Translations under genes and position numbers: made by a program
Notes under the pieces: generated by a model
What the model saw: only the letters and a program-made list of their open reading frames with translations
Databases searched by the model: none
What the model was told of the DNA's origin: nothing
Origin: an archaeon
GTDB lineage: Archaea; B1Sed10-29; JAJRYS01
DNA: 36,028 nt
Reading direction: 5' to 3'
Assembly (NCBI GenBank): GCA_038736665.1
Contig: JAVYMF010000002.1
Span: forward strand, 1-36,028
In this document: piece by piece, positions 1 through 8,134 of the stretch
Layout of the letters: every line of letters begins with the position of its first letter
Numbering within the stretch: position 1 is the stretch's first letter

Positions 1-342
1 TTGGGTTATGCCGAAGACAGCCAGGGAGCATATTGCTATCACTGACGCAAACGCTATCAAGTAAAATGGTAGCTCCGCCGCCAGGAAAAGCCGCAGGAAA
101 AAATATGACAGGGTAACAGACGCTAGCATATTTAGCGCGGCGAATGTGCCGTAGCTTATTTTTCTCCAGAGGAAAGCGAGCAGTATTATTATCGGAACTG
201 CCTGCCAGAAAGCTATCGTCATCATCGAGAATACTGTCATCAGCAGTATGCTCGGTAGCGCGTTTCTGTCGTAGTAATAAGAGTATACGGACGTCGCCGT
301 GGCTATTATGGCGATTAAAGCGGAGAAGAAAGCCTCGTCCAT
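1..342 (-). CDS. Multi-pass membrane protein, partial (runs off the left edge)
   Basis: Not in the ORF track. ATG at 342, open to position 1: MDEAFFSALIAIIATATSVYSYYYDRNALPSILLMTVFSMMTIAFWQAVPIIILLAFLWRK...SLAVFGITQ; about 4 hydrophobic segments; TTTATATA box about 20 nt upstream (363-370). Confidence 0.75.
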   Translation of the reverse strand, partial: MDEAFFSALIAIIATATSVYSYYYDRNALPSILLMTVFSMMTIAFWQAVPIIILLAFLWRKISYGTFAALNMLASVTLSYFFLRLFLAAELPFYLIAFASVIAICSLAVFGITQ

Positions 343-403
343 AAGTTTACGAAAGCAAAGCGTATATAAAAAAGAAAAGGAAGAGCCTCAGGCCAGTTTA
401 AAA

Positions 404-422
404 GCAACTTTTGAAAAGTTGC
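404..422. repeat. Perfect 9-1-9 palindrome GCAACTTTT-G-AAAAGTTGC
   Basis: Directly visible inverted repeat downstream of tRNA-Asn, followed by ATCAAAG. Confidence 0.8.
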
Positions 423-463
423 ATCAAAGCGCTGAAGCTTACGTTTTTTCGCAAAAAAGATAG

Positions 464-537
464 CGCCTCGGGTCGGATTTGAACCGACGGCCTATCGGTT
501 AACAGCCGATCACTCTACCGGACTAAGCTACCGAGGC
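464..537 (-). tRNA. tRNA-Asn(GTT), no intron, CCA not encoded
   Basis: Reverse complement GCCTCGGTAGCTTAGTCCGGTAGAGTGATCGGCTGTTAACCGATAGGCCGTCGGTTCAAATCCGACCCGAGGCG folds as a cloverleaf with anticodon GTT. Confidence 0.97.
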
Positions 538-573
538 ATTGAGAGGTTTTTGTGTTCTTATGTTTTTAAACAA

Positions 574-1854
574 TTAAGGATAATACCTTTCCATCGTTCT
601 CGGGAAAGGAATAGCGTCTTTTATTGATTCCAGCCCGCAGATCCACTGGACGACGCGGTCCGTGCCCATTCCGAAGCCGGCGTGCGGGATAGAACCGTAT
701 CTTCTCGTGTCGAAGTACCACTCGTAGTCTTTCGCATCTTCCCCTTTTTCTTCCAGCGCCTTTTTCATTTCCTCGATGTCGAGGTCGCGTTCCGAGCCTC
801 CTATTACTTCAAAGCCCGTTTCCGGGACGAGCACGTCCAAGCACCGAGCAGTGCGCGGGTCTTTCGGGTCGCGCGGCTTGTAAAAAGCCATTACTTCTTT
901 CGGGTAGTGCGTGACTATAAGGGGTTTGTCGTAGTGCGTCATCAATTGTTTTTCTTCAGGGGTGCGCAGGTCTTTTCCCCACTTGACTTTCATGCCGTCT
1001 TTTTCCAGCAATTTCAAAGCTTCTGTATATGTTATTCGCGGGAATGGCGGTTTTATTTTCTTCAGCTTTTCCGGGTCGCGCCCCAGCTCGCGCAGTTCAG
1101 CCGCGCAGTCTTCCGCGACTTTCTGGCAGATGAAAGAGATCAGTTCTTCGCAGACAGACGCGAGTCCGTCCAGGTCCATCCACGCGGCTTCCATTTCAGT
1201 GTGCCAGTATTCCGTTAGGTGCCTTGAAGTCTTGCTTTTTTCAGCGCGGAAGGACGGAGCCACTGTGTAGATTTTTTCCAGCGAGAATATCATTGCTTCG
1301 GCGTAGAATTGCCATGTCTGCGCGAGCCGCATGGGCTTTCCGAAGTAGTCCACTTGGAACATTTCCAGCCCGCTTTCAGACGTTTTTGTGACAAAAGGAG
1401 CGTGCGTTTCGTAGTAGCCGTGCGAGTCGAAGTATTCATGAATCGCCCTGAATACCCTGCTGCGTATTTTCCAGATATGCGTCATTTTGCGCGAGCGCAC
1501 CCACAAGTGCCGCACGTCCAGCAGGAACTCGTCGCTCTGGTCCTTGGTTATCGGGAACCTTTCCGCCATCTGAATGACGCGGATTGACTCTCCTTTTATT
1601 TCGTATCCTCCTGGAGCGCGCTCGTCTTTTGCAACGACGCCCGTTATTTCAGCGGAAGATTCGATCATAACACTACTGGCTGTTTTGAAATCGCTAGAAT
1701 CTTTTTTGAAAGTGCATTGAATAATTCCGGAAGAGTCGCGCATGACGACGAACGCCGCGTCTTTTCCGGAGCGCTGCCTGTAAACCCATCCACGGATGCT
1801 CACGCTCTTTCCGACGCTTTTCGCGACTTCTGAAATCGGCGTGAACTCCGTCAT
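574..1854 (-). CDS. asnS: Asparagine--tRNA ligase
   Basis: N-terminal OB fold (RGWVYR, RDSSG), motif 2 FRAEKSKTSRHLTEYWHTEMEAAW, EVIGGSER, motif 3 PHAGFGMGTDR, C-terminal PFPR; archaeal AsnRS-type. Confidence 0.9.
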   Translation of the reverse strand: MTEFTPISEVAKSVGKSVSIRGWVYRQRSGKDAAFVVMRDSSGIIQCTFKKDSSDFKTASSVMIESSAEITGVVAKDERAPGGYEIKGESIRVIQMAERFPITKDQSDEFLLDVRHLWVRSRKMTHIWKIRSRVFRAIHEYFDSHGYYETHAPFVTKTSESGLEMFQVDYFGKPMRLAQTWQFYAEAMIFSLEKIYTVAPSFRAEKSKTSRHLTEYWHTEMEAAWMDLDGLASVCEELISFICQKVAEDCAAELRELGRDPEKLKKIKPPFPRITYTEALKLLEKDGMKVKWGKDLRTPEEKQLMTHYDKPLIVTHYPKEVMAFYKPRDPKDPRTARCLDVLVPETGFEVIGGSERDLDIEEMKKALEEKGEDAKDYEWYFDTRRYGSIPHAGFGMGTDRVVQWICGLESIKDAIPFPRTMERYYP

Positions 1855-1906
1855 TTTTTCACCAGCATATTGTTATGAATGCGGTTGTATATAACGATTT
1901 TGTGTG

Positions 1907-2071
1907 ATGCTTGAAAAAGCGGTCGCTGATGAAAGCCTTTACTGCGGCATTTTTCTGGTGCTGACTATGCTTTTCATCCCCTTCAGGAGATTGTTCGCGT
2001 TGCTTTCTTCAGCCATTTTTATCACGGTTATTTCTGCATTGCTGTGTTTAAATACGTTGCTTTCTTATTAA
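1907..2071 (+). CDS. Possible 54-aa hydrophobic small protein
   Basis: ATG 1907 to TAA 2071: MLEKAVADESLYCGIFLVLTMLFIPFRRLFALLSSAIFITVISALLCLNTLLSY; fills the gap and ends 5 nt before the next ATG; below the ORF track cutoff. Confidence 0.35.
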   Translation: MLEKAVADESLYCGIFLVLTMLFIPFRRLFALLSSAIFITVISALLCLNTLLSY

Positions 2072-2076
2072 TTCTT

Positions 2077-2661
2077 ATGGAGTGGGACAAGGAGCAGATA
2101 TCTGACCTGCTGCAGAAAGCCAGCGACGCAAACGTAGACTTTACGCTGACTGACGCGCAGATAGCGGAGTTCATTTCTTTCGACCGTTCTCCCGCGAGCG
2201 ACATCGGTATGAGCGTTATGAAAGGCGTGTCGCGCGTCGTGCGGCAGTACGGGGACAAGCAAGCGCCTTACCGCATCAAGGCTTTCGAGAAGCAGTTCGC
2301 GGAGAACAAGATGGAAGTTTACGTTTTTTCGAATGAGGGCACGCTTTGCGGTAAGGATGTTTTGAATACCATTTATGTGTTTGAAGGAAGCGTTTACAGC
2401 GTTCCTCCTTCTGGCGGGGACTTTGGCGTTGTGCGCGAGAAAGGCGTGAAGACTCTTTCGCTTGCTGATGCGTTCGCTTCTCTTGTCGCGGCGAAGGCAG
2501 AAGCAATGCCTTCGGATTATTCTGTTGTGGAGATGGGTTTCGCTAAGAGTTTTGACGAGATGAATATTCGCGTGCCCCCGTTCCTGAAAAAGTATTTTGA
2601 AAAAAAGAGGCTGTTCATCGAGTCCGACATTTCCTGCAGGGCTGAAGTGAAGTTATTTTAA
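2077..2661 (+). CDS. Stand-alone SepRS C-terminal (anticodon-binding) domain-like protein
   Basis: Blocks LTDAQIAEFISFDRSP, LCGKDVLNTIYVFEGSVYSVPP, EKGVKT-LSLADAFA and KSFDEMNIRV are collinear with my recollection of the SepRS C-terminus (LSDxEIAxMIxIDKxP, LCGPAxxNEIxVxDGNIxGIP, EKGVxTGIRYIDAFA, KSxSDINI); ATG 2077 has TTTAAATA about 25 nt upstream. Confidence 0.7.
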   Translation: MEWDKEQISDLLQKASDANVDFTLTDAQIAEFISFDRSPASDIGMSVMKGVSRVVRQYGDKQAPYRIKAFEKQFAENKMEVYVFSNEGTLCGKDVLNTIYVFEGSVYSVPPSGGDFGVVREKGVKTLSLADAFASLVAAKAEAMPSDYSVVEMGFAKSFDEMNIRVPPFLKKYFEKKRLFIESDISCRAEVKLF

Positions 2662-4545
2662 GCGTATGCTGTCCAGGTTTCTCGGCGCCGTTGCTTCGAC
2701 GCGGAACTTGTATGCTAGCGAGCGCGCGAGGTTCATCGTCTTGTTTTCTTCGCCGTGGACTGTCAATACGCGCTCTGGTTTCGGGGACAGTTTCTTGAAG
2801 TAGCCTAGCAGCTGGTTGAGGTCCGCGTGTCCCGAGAAGCCGTCGATTGACTGAACGCCTGCGTTTATCTTGTATTCCTGCATTTTTCCGTTCGTTTCGA
2901 GTACGACTTCTTTCGCGCCGCGCTGTATTTTTCGTCCGAGTGAGCCTTCGGCTTGGTATCCGGCGAAAATTATTTCGTTCTTCGGGTTTTCGGCTATCAT
3001 TTTGAAGTAGTCAATTACCGGTCCGCCATTCATCATTCCGGCTGGGGCGAGCATCACGCAGCGGCCGTCTTCGGCTATCTGCTGCCTTTGCTTCGGATCC
3101 ACTTCTTGGAATATGTTTGAGTCGAAAGGGGAGTCGTTGTGCAGCATTCTCCGGTGCAGCGAGCGCTTCAGGTACTCCGGGTACGCGGAATGTATTGCGG
3201 ATGCTTCTTTGGTCATGCCGTCCAAGTATACTGGTATGTCCCAGCCGCCGTGTGTTTTCGCATAAGCTTCGATGACCATCATTACTTCTTGGGCACGGCC
3301 TACTGCGAAAGTCGGGATGAGGACCATCCCGTTCTGCTGCGCTACTCTGTGGATTGTGTCTATCAGCATTTTTTCGCCGACGTAACGCGGCTTCTGCACG
3401 TCCTGAGGGCCGCCGTACGTCGATTCTATGATGAGTGTTTCGAGCCTCGGGAACCGCGTTTCTGCCGGGTCGAACAGCTCGGTATAGCCGAACTTGAGGT
3501 CTCCGGTGTACAGGAGGTTGTGGGCGCCAGAGCCTATGTGCATGTGTATCAATGAAGAGCCGATCAAGTGGCCTGCGTTGTGCAGGGTCAATCTTATGTC
3601 CGGGGCTATGTCCGTGACTTCGCCGTATTCTTTGGTTATGCAGTGCTTCACTTCGCTTTTGATCTCTTTTTCCGAGTAAGGCGGCGTTTTCGCGGTTTTT
3701 TCGAGGACGCTGATGTAATCCTTCTGTAAGAGAGTCATTACGTCGCGCGTAGCTGGCGTGCAGTACACAGGTCCTTCGTAGCCGTACTGGTAAAGATACG
3801 GCAAAAAGCCGCTGTGGTCCAGGTGACCATGTGATATGACTACCGCGTCCAGTTCTTCAAGCGAGAAGTCCACTGATGACAGGTAAGGGAAGGCGTTTTC
3901 CGTTGATGCTACGCTTACCCCGCAGTCCATTAGCACTTTGCTTTCAGGAGTTTCCAGGAGTATGCATGAGCGCCCGACTTCGCGCCAGCCGCCGAGTCCT
4001 GTTATTCGTATCCAGTCCGTCGGCTTAGTGTCGCCTCTGTAAATGCGTTTGCCGACGTTCTTGAGGATTTTTTTCCTGTCAGCACTTTCCCGCACGAGCG
4101 TGTCGCGGATGCCTTTCATCATTTTTGACTCTGTCGTGGGCACGCGCAGGAGCTTCGGGCTCCAGCCTGTTTTTTTTGTGATTGTTTTCAGCGTTTCGCC
4201 ACCGGGTCCTATGACCAAGCCAAGTTTTTCTGCTTCGATGTTCACTTCGTTGAAGCTAGTGTCAAAAGAGATGTTTTTGATGCCGGCTTCCGACGGGACG
4301 GTTTCTTCTATTATTTTTTTGGCGTTTTCCGGGTCCGCGAGCATCGTGACGTCTGTCCTGACTATGAATCTTTTCTTGAGTGTTCCGGCAAGTTTTTTGA
4401 TGAGCGTTTCGTCTTCCAGGAATTTCGCTATGTTTTTCGAGTAGATCACTATGTCCGGTCCTTCGAGTTCTACGCTCGCGATTTGGCACTCTTCAGGCAG
4501 TATTTCTCTGATTTGCTTTTCAATGTCTTTGAGGAACTGATTCAA
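2653..4545 (-). CDS. fttA: Beta-CASP ribonuclease aCPSF1 / transcription termination factor FttA
   Basis: Two N-terminal KH domains (VIGPGG), GGWREVGRS, HGHLDH metallo-beta-lactamase motif, ESTYG, FSGHAD, VHGE; likely TTG start at 4545 after GAGGGG; adjacent to psmB as in many archaea. Confidence 0.95.
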   Translation of the reverse strand: MNQFLKDIEKQIREILPEECQIASVELEGPDIVIYSKNIAKFLEDETLIKKLAGTLKKRFIVRTDVTMLADPENAKKIIEETVPSEAGIKNISFDTSFNEVNIEAEKLGLVIGPGGETLKTITKKTGWSPKLLRVPTTESKMMKGIRDTLVRESADRKKILKNVGKRIYRGDTKPTDWIRITGLGGWREVGRSCILLETPESKVLMDCGVSVASTENAFPYLSSVDFSLEELDAVVISHGHLDHSGFLPYLYQYGYEGPVYCTPATRDVMTLLQKDYISVLEKTAKTPPYSEKEIKSEVKHCITKEYGEVTDIAPDIRLTLHNAGHLIGSSLIHMHIGSGAHNLLYTGDLKFGYTELFDPAETRFPRLETLIIESTYGGPQDVQKPRYVGEKMLIDTIHRVAQQNGMVLIPTFAVGRAQEVMMVIEAYAKTHGGWDIPVYLDGMTKEASAIHSAYPEYLKRSLHRRMLHNDSPFDSNIFQEVDPKQRQQIAEDGRCVMLAPAGMMNGGPVIDYFKMIAENPKNEIIFAGYQAEGSLGRKIQRGAKEVVLETNGKMQEYKINAGVQSIDGFSGHADLNQLLGYFKKLSPKPERVLTVHGEENKTMNLARSLAYKFRVEATAPRNLDSIRLK

Positions 4546-4602
4546 AATTGTCCCCTCTTTTTTATCTTTGTTTTTTTTCAAAAGGGTTTTAAACAAGGCG
4601 CT

Positions 4603-5226
4603 TCAAAGCAGGTTTTTAACTTCATCTTCTGTCAGGAACTTCATCCCACGTCTGGTGATCGCGACGACATCAAGCGTTTTTCCACCAGAGTAGATGTCGC
4701 GCTCCTGAGCGGCTTTGACCGCTTTTGCAGCTAGGGGAATGTTTTCCTTCACTGTCTGGTTTTCTTTGTAGCCTGCTTCAAGCACGCCTAAAGCTATGGG
4801 TGAGCCTGATCCTTCGAACGCGATTTTCTGCGGAACGACTGAGCCCATGGCGTCTACAGAGTATAAGCGGGGCTTGGTGTCTATGCCGCCCACTGTCAGC
4901 CCGACGAAGTAAGGCCAGAACTTGTTGTTCTGCAGAATGTTTCCCAGCAGAGTGGCCGCTGCTTCGACGCTCATTTCGCGCCCGCGCTGTATCTCGTAAA
5001 GGGACGCTTCTGCTTTCATTATTTTTATGATTCGCTGGGCATCCGCCACGCTTCCGGCAGTGGTCATTCCGATGTGCGGCTTTATCTCATATACTTTTTG
5101 GAATTCCGCATTGTCCACGAGATTTCCTAGTGTGACTTTCCTGTCAGCCGCTAGTACGACGCCGTCAGAGCAAAGCAGCCCAACGGTAGTAGTTCCTGTC
5201 TTTCGCTGGTTCTCGCAGTTTTCCAT
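4603..5226 (-). CDS. psmB: Proteasome subunit beta
   Basis: Propeptide cleavage site KTG/TTTVG, AADRK, TTAGSVADAQ, GSGS, ERDIYSG. Confidence 0.96.
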   Translation of the reverse strand: MENCENQRKTGTTTVGLLCSDGVVLAADRKVTLGNLVDNAEFQKVYEIKPHIGMTTAGSVADAQRIIKIMKAEASLYEIQRGREMSVEAAATLLGNILQNNKFWPYFVGLTVGGIDTKPRLYSVDAMGSVVPQKIAFEGSGSPIALGVLEAGYKENQTVKENIPLAAKAVKAAQERDIYSGGKTLDVVAITRRGMKFLTEDEVKNLL

Positions 5227-5348
5227 CCAACCATTTCCTGTGTTCAAAATGCAAAAAATAAGTTTTGCAGAATTAAGATAAGCCGGGTGATTATGTTATT
5301 ATTGCGTGTCTTCATATTTAAAGGTTACCGCCGGTTTTTTAAATGCGC

Positions 5349-6008
5349 TCATTGCTGCTCGCTTACGCTGATGTTCTCGGGCTTGAAGTATCTCTTTATC
5401 TCGTTCATCAGGAGCACCTTGCGCGTCTGGAAGCTCTTGGCGTCTGAAGCGCACTTAGGCAGGGTAATTTCAAGATTTTGCCCTATTTTTTTCACTATAG
5501 CCTTTTCTTTGGTTTCAGGGAAGAATCTTTCGAAAAGAGCTTGGACAGCGTCCTCGATTTTCTCGATTTTTTCGTTGACGGTAATTTCGAAAATCAGCGT
5601 TTTTCCGGCAAGCTCGTGGTTGAAGTCCAGGCGAACGCGTCCGCCGCTGACGGACTGTACGCGGACTGGTCTCCCGTCAACTTCAAGCGCCATCCCTGGG
5701 GAGGGGACGATGTTATTATCGGCGAATGGCTTTATTGGGACAAGCTTCACGAGTTCGGGTTTTCTCTCGCCATACGCTTTAGCAGGGGGTATTTCAATGA
5801 TTTTTTTGTCGCCTGTTTTCATTCCTGATAGGGCTTCTTCAAAGCCTTTTATTAGTTGGTTGTCCCCTGTTATCATTAAAGCAGGTTTGTATTCCCGCCC
5901 TCTTACAAGAATACCCTCGCGCTTCGCAGCTTCGGCGTCGTTAGTATCGAATACTGCTCCAGTGTCTTTCTCGCGCCCAGTGTATGTGACCATGTAAAAC
6001 TCAGCCAT
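5349..6008 (-). CDS. FKBP-type peptidyl-prolyl isomerase (SlyD-like, long archaeal type)
   Basis: YTGR...VFDT, LIKGFEEAL, IPPAKAYGER, VSGGRVRLDFNHELAGKTL. Confidence 0.93.
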   Translation of the reverse strand: MAEFYMVTYTGREKDTGAVFDTNDAEAAKREGILVRGREYKPALMITGDNQLIKGFEEALSGMKTGDKKIIEIPPAKAYGERKPELVKLVPIKPFADNNIVPSPGMALEVDGRPVRVQSVSGGRVRLDFNHELAGKTLIFEITVNEKIEKIEDAVQALFERFFPETKEKAIVKKIGQNLEITLPKCASDAKSFQTRKVLLMNEIKRYFKPENISVSEQQ

Positions 6009-6078
6009 TTAGGTTTCCTCCGTTTGATTTCATAAGTATTTAATACGAGTTAGTTCCTTAACAATTCCAGCGGTATGC

Positions 6079-7170
6079 ATGAAGAACTGGATAATGATAC
6101 TCATTGTGTTCGTAATTCTCGTGCTTTCGGTCGGGCCTCTTTCTTATTTTTTTGGGGCTGGCGCCGAGATCAACAGCATTCCTTACAACAATGACAGCGA
6201 CAAAAACCTGCTGTTGTCGCTTTCAGGGAATGCTACTGGAAAAATTATACAAATAATGCCTTATATTTCTTACGTGGGCGTGTCTCAGGCGAACGATGAG
6301 TCGGTGGCGCGCGAAGTTATGTCATACGTGAATTATACGGACAATTACACGCTGCATGTTTCCCTGAACCCTTTCGGGGCAGGATACAGGCACGAGATAT
6401 TCATCCCTCTCAAGAACGAGTCAGATGCTCTTGAAGTGGGCTTTAAGGCGAAGCTGAACCTTGACCCGTTCTTCCAGGATTCTTACACCACAACTTTGGG
6501 CGTCGTTCAACTGGACGACAATTTCACGGCGGCTGGGAGAACGATACGAGCAAGCAATAAGACCGCGGCTGCTGTGCTGCTTTATTCCAGCAAGAAGAAC
6601 CAGCCTGTCAGAATATTCTGTCCTGAGATGACTGTGACGGAAGCAGGAGCACTTGTTGGCTTAGGACAGCTGTGCGCCGACCTGTCCCAAGGATACAAGC
6701 ATGGGCTGTCATTCATGGATTACTTGTTCAACGAGAAAGAGGCGAATAAGACAATGACTTTGAACATTACTCTCATTGATCATGTTGAAATCGACGGTAC
6801 GTTCAAAGGCTTGCTTAATGAAACGCAATTGCGCGATGAAATAGGCCAGGAAATGGCTGTCTATAATCCGAGCAATGAATCAGGCGCCGGAACGATAACG
6901 GTTTACTTATTGGATGTTGAAAACTCGTCGCTGATTTCAGGGGTGCAGGACGCGCTCAAGTCGCATGGCGTGAACGTCACGCGAACGTCGAAAATAGGCG
7001 TCGTTACGGATGTTCCGAAGGAAATCGATTTAAACGGCTCAGTAAAAAGGCTTTACCACATACCCTACTTCACCGTAAGGCTTGGGATGGGCGAAGGTAC
7101 TGGTGAAAAAACATTCACAGCAAAACTAATAACTGTATTCGGCGAAGTCACGGACATAATAGCTTACTGA
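6079..7170 (+). CDS. Hypothetical secreted or membrane-anchored glycoprotein
   Basis: N-terminal hydrophobic signal/anchor; 14 N-X-S/T sequons in 363 aa. Confidence 0.75.
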   Translation: MKNWIMILIVFVILVLSVGPLSYFFGAGAEINSIPYNNDSDKNLLLSLSGNATGKIIQIMPYISYVGVSQANDESVAREVMSYVNYTDNYTLHVSLNPFGAGYRHEIFIPLKNESDALEVGFKAKLNLDPFFQDSYTTTLGVVQLDDNFTAAGRTIRASNKTAAAVLLYSSKKNQPVRIFCPEMTVTEAGALVGLGQLCADLSQGYKHGLSFMDYLFNEKEANKTMTLNITLIDHVEIDGTFKGLLNETQLRDEIGQEMAVYNPSNESGAGTITVYLLDVENSSLISGVQDALKSHGVNVTRTSKIGVVTDVPKEIDLNGSVKRLYHIPYFTVRLGMGEGTGEKTFTAKLITVFGEVTDIIAY

Positions 7171-7490
7171 GTCAGAAGCACTATCGCTTCGGCTATGTCG
7201 CCTTTCGTTTTTCTGAGGGCTTCTTCTGCTTGTTTTTTTGATTTTCCCGTTTTTTCGGCGACAAGCCCGACGTCCTCGCCAGTGAAAGGAACGCTGTCTT
7301 CTTCGCTGATGTCGCCCATCACTTGAAAAGTTTTCTGCCCCTGCACTTCCATCATCGTAACGCGCGGATTGCGGACAATAATCGTCTTTCTGCCTTTGAT
7401 TATTACTTCTTCTGCTTCTATGTCTTCTGATTTCACGCCGAGCTTTTTCATCACTGCGCTCATCTGCTTTGGGTCAATGCCGCCGAACAT
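7164..7490 (-). CDS. nac: Nascent polypeptide-associated complex protein
   Basis: DPKQM...MKKLG, AEEVII, QGQKTFQV, C-terminal UBA-like GDIAEAI. Confidence 0.95.
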   Translation of the reverse strand: MFGGIDPKQMSAVMKKLGVKSEDIEAEEVIIKGRKTIIVRNPRVTMMEVQGQKTFQVMGDISEEDSVPFTGEDVGLVAEKTGKSKKQAEEALRKTKGDIAEAIVLLTQ

Positions 7491-7567
7491 GACAAATCAC
7501 CTTTTTTAACTTTCCCCGCGTTACTTTGTTTATGGATTTTTCTTTTAGGCTGCCGGGCTTTAAAATA

Positions 7568-8134
7568 ATGACAGCAGCGATTTCGCGCGAGAAAGCTATT
7601 GAGCTGTACTTGGCTGACGGAGGGGTCATAAAGTACGAAGGCGACCGCATTGTTTATCCTGACAAGAAGCGGTTGATGAGCCAACTGGAATCAGCGGAGA
7701 AAAAATACAGTTACCTCTCTTCCGTGATAAGCGAGCTTGAAAAGCACTCCAAGAACTACAATTATGACTCGGCGCTGAAAACAATTTCCCGCGCGTTCGA
7801 CCCTGTTTACTGGGAGCATCAGTACAGGAAAAGGACCGACGAGGATTACCGAACCGCGTTCGAGAAAGTCCAGCCTCCGATAGAGCGAATGCACGAGGAA
7901 CGGTGGAAAAACGTCGTTAGGATGTTCGTGCAGGACAAGGAATACCGCGATAGGCTCGTGGAAGCGAAGACGAGCGTGATAAGCACGAGCCCGTCGATGA
8001 AGGACGAGGTTGCGAAAAACCTCGCGGTTACGCGGGAGCTGATCAACGCGCGTCTTAAGAAGCTTAGGAAAGAGAGGTCTTATTTTGAGGAGAAAATCAC
8101 GCTGCTCCGCGCGATGATGGAGTACGTGGAATAG
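7568..8134 (+). CDS. Hypothetical helical/coiled-coil protein
   Basis: Long ORF with typical codon usage; charged heptad-like segments near both ends; ATG 7568 preferred over TTG 7526. Confidence 0.7.
   Translation: MTAAISREKAIELYLADGGVIKYEGDRIVYPDKKRLMSQLESAEKKYSYLSSVISELEKHSKNYNYDSALKTISRAFDPVYWEHQYRKRTDEDYRTAFEKVQPPIERMHEERWKNVVRMFVQDKEYRDRLVEAKTSVISTSPSMKDEVAKNLAVTRELINARLKKLRKERSYFEEKITLLRAMMEYVE

Noticed and set aside
144-344. Plus-strand 66-aa ORF
   Set aside because: Shadow of the minus-strand membrane protein starting at 342, which has a TATA box.
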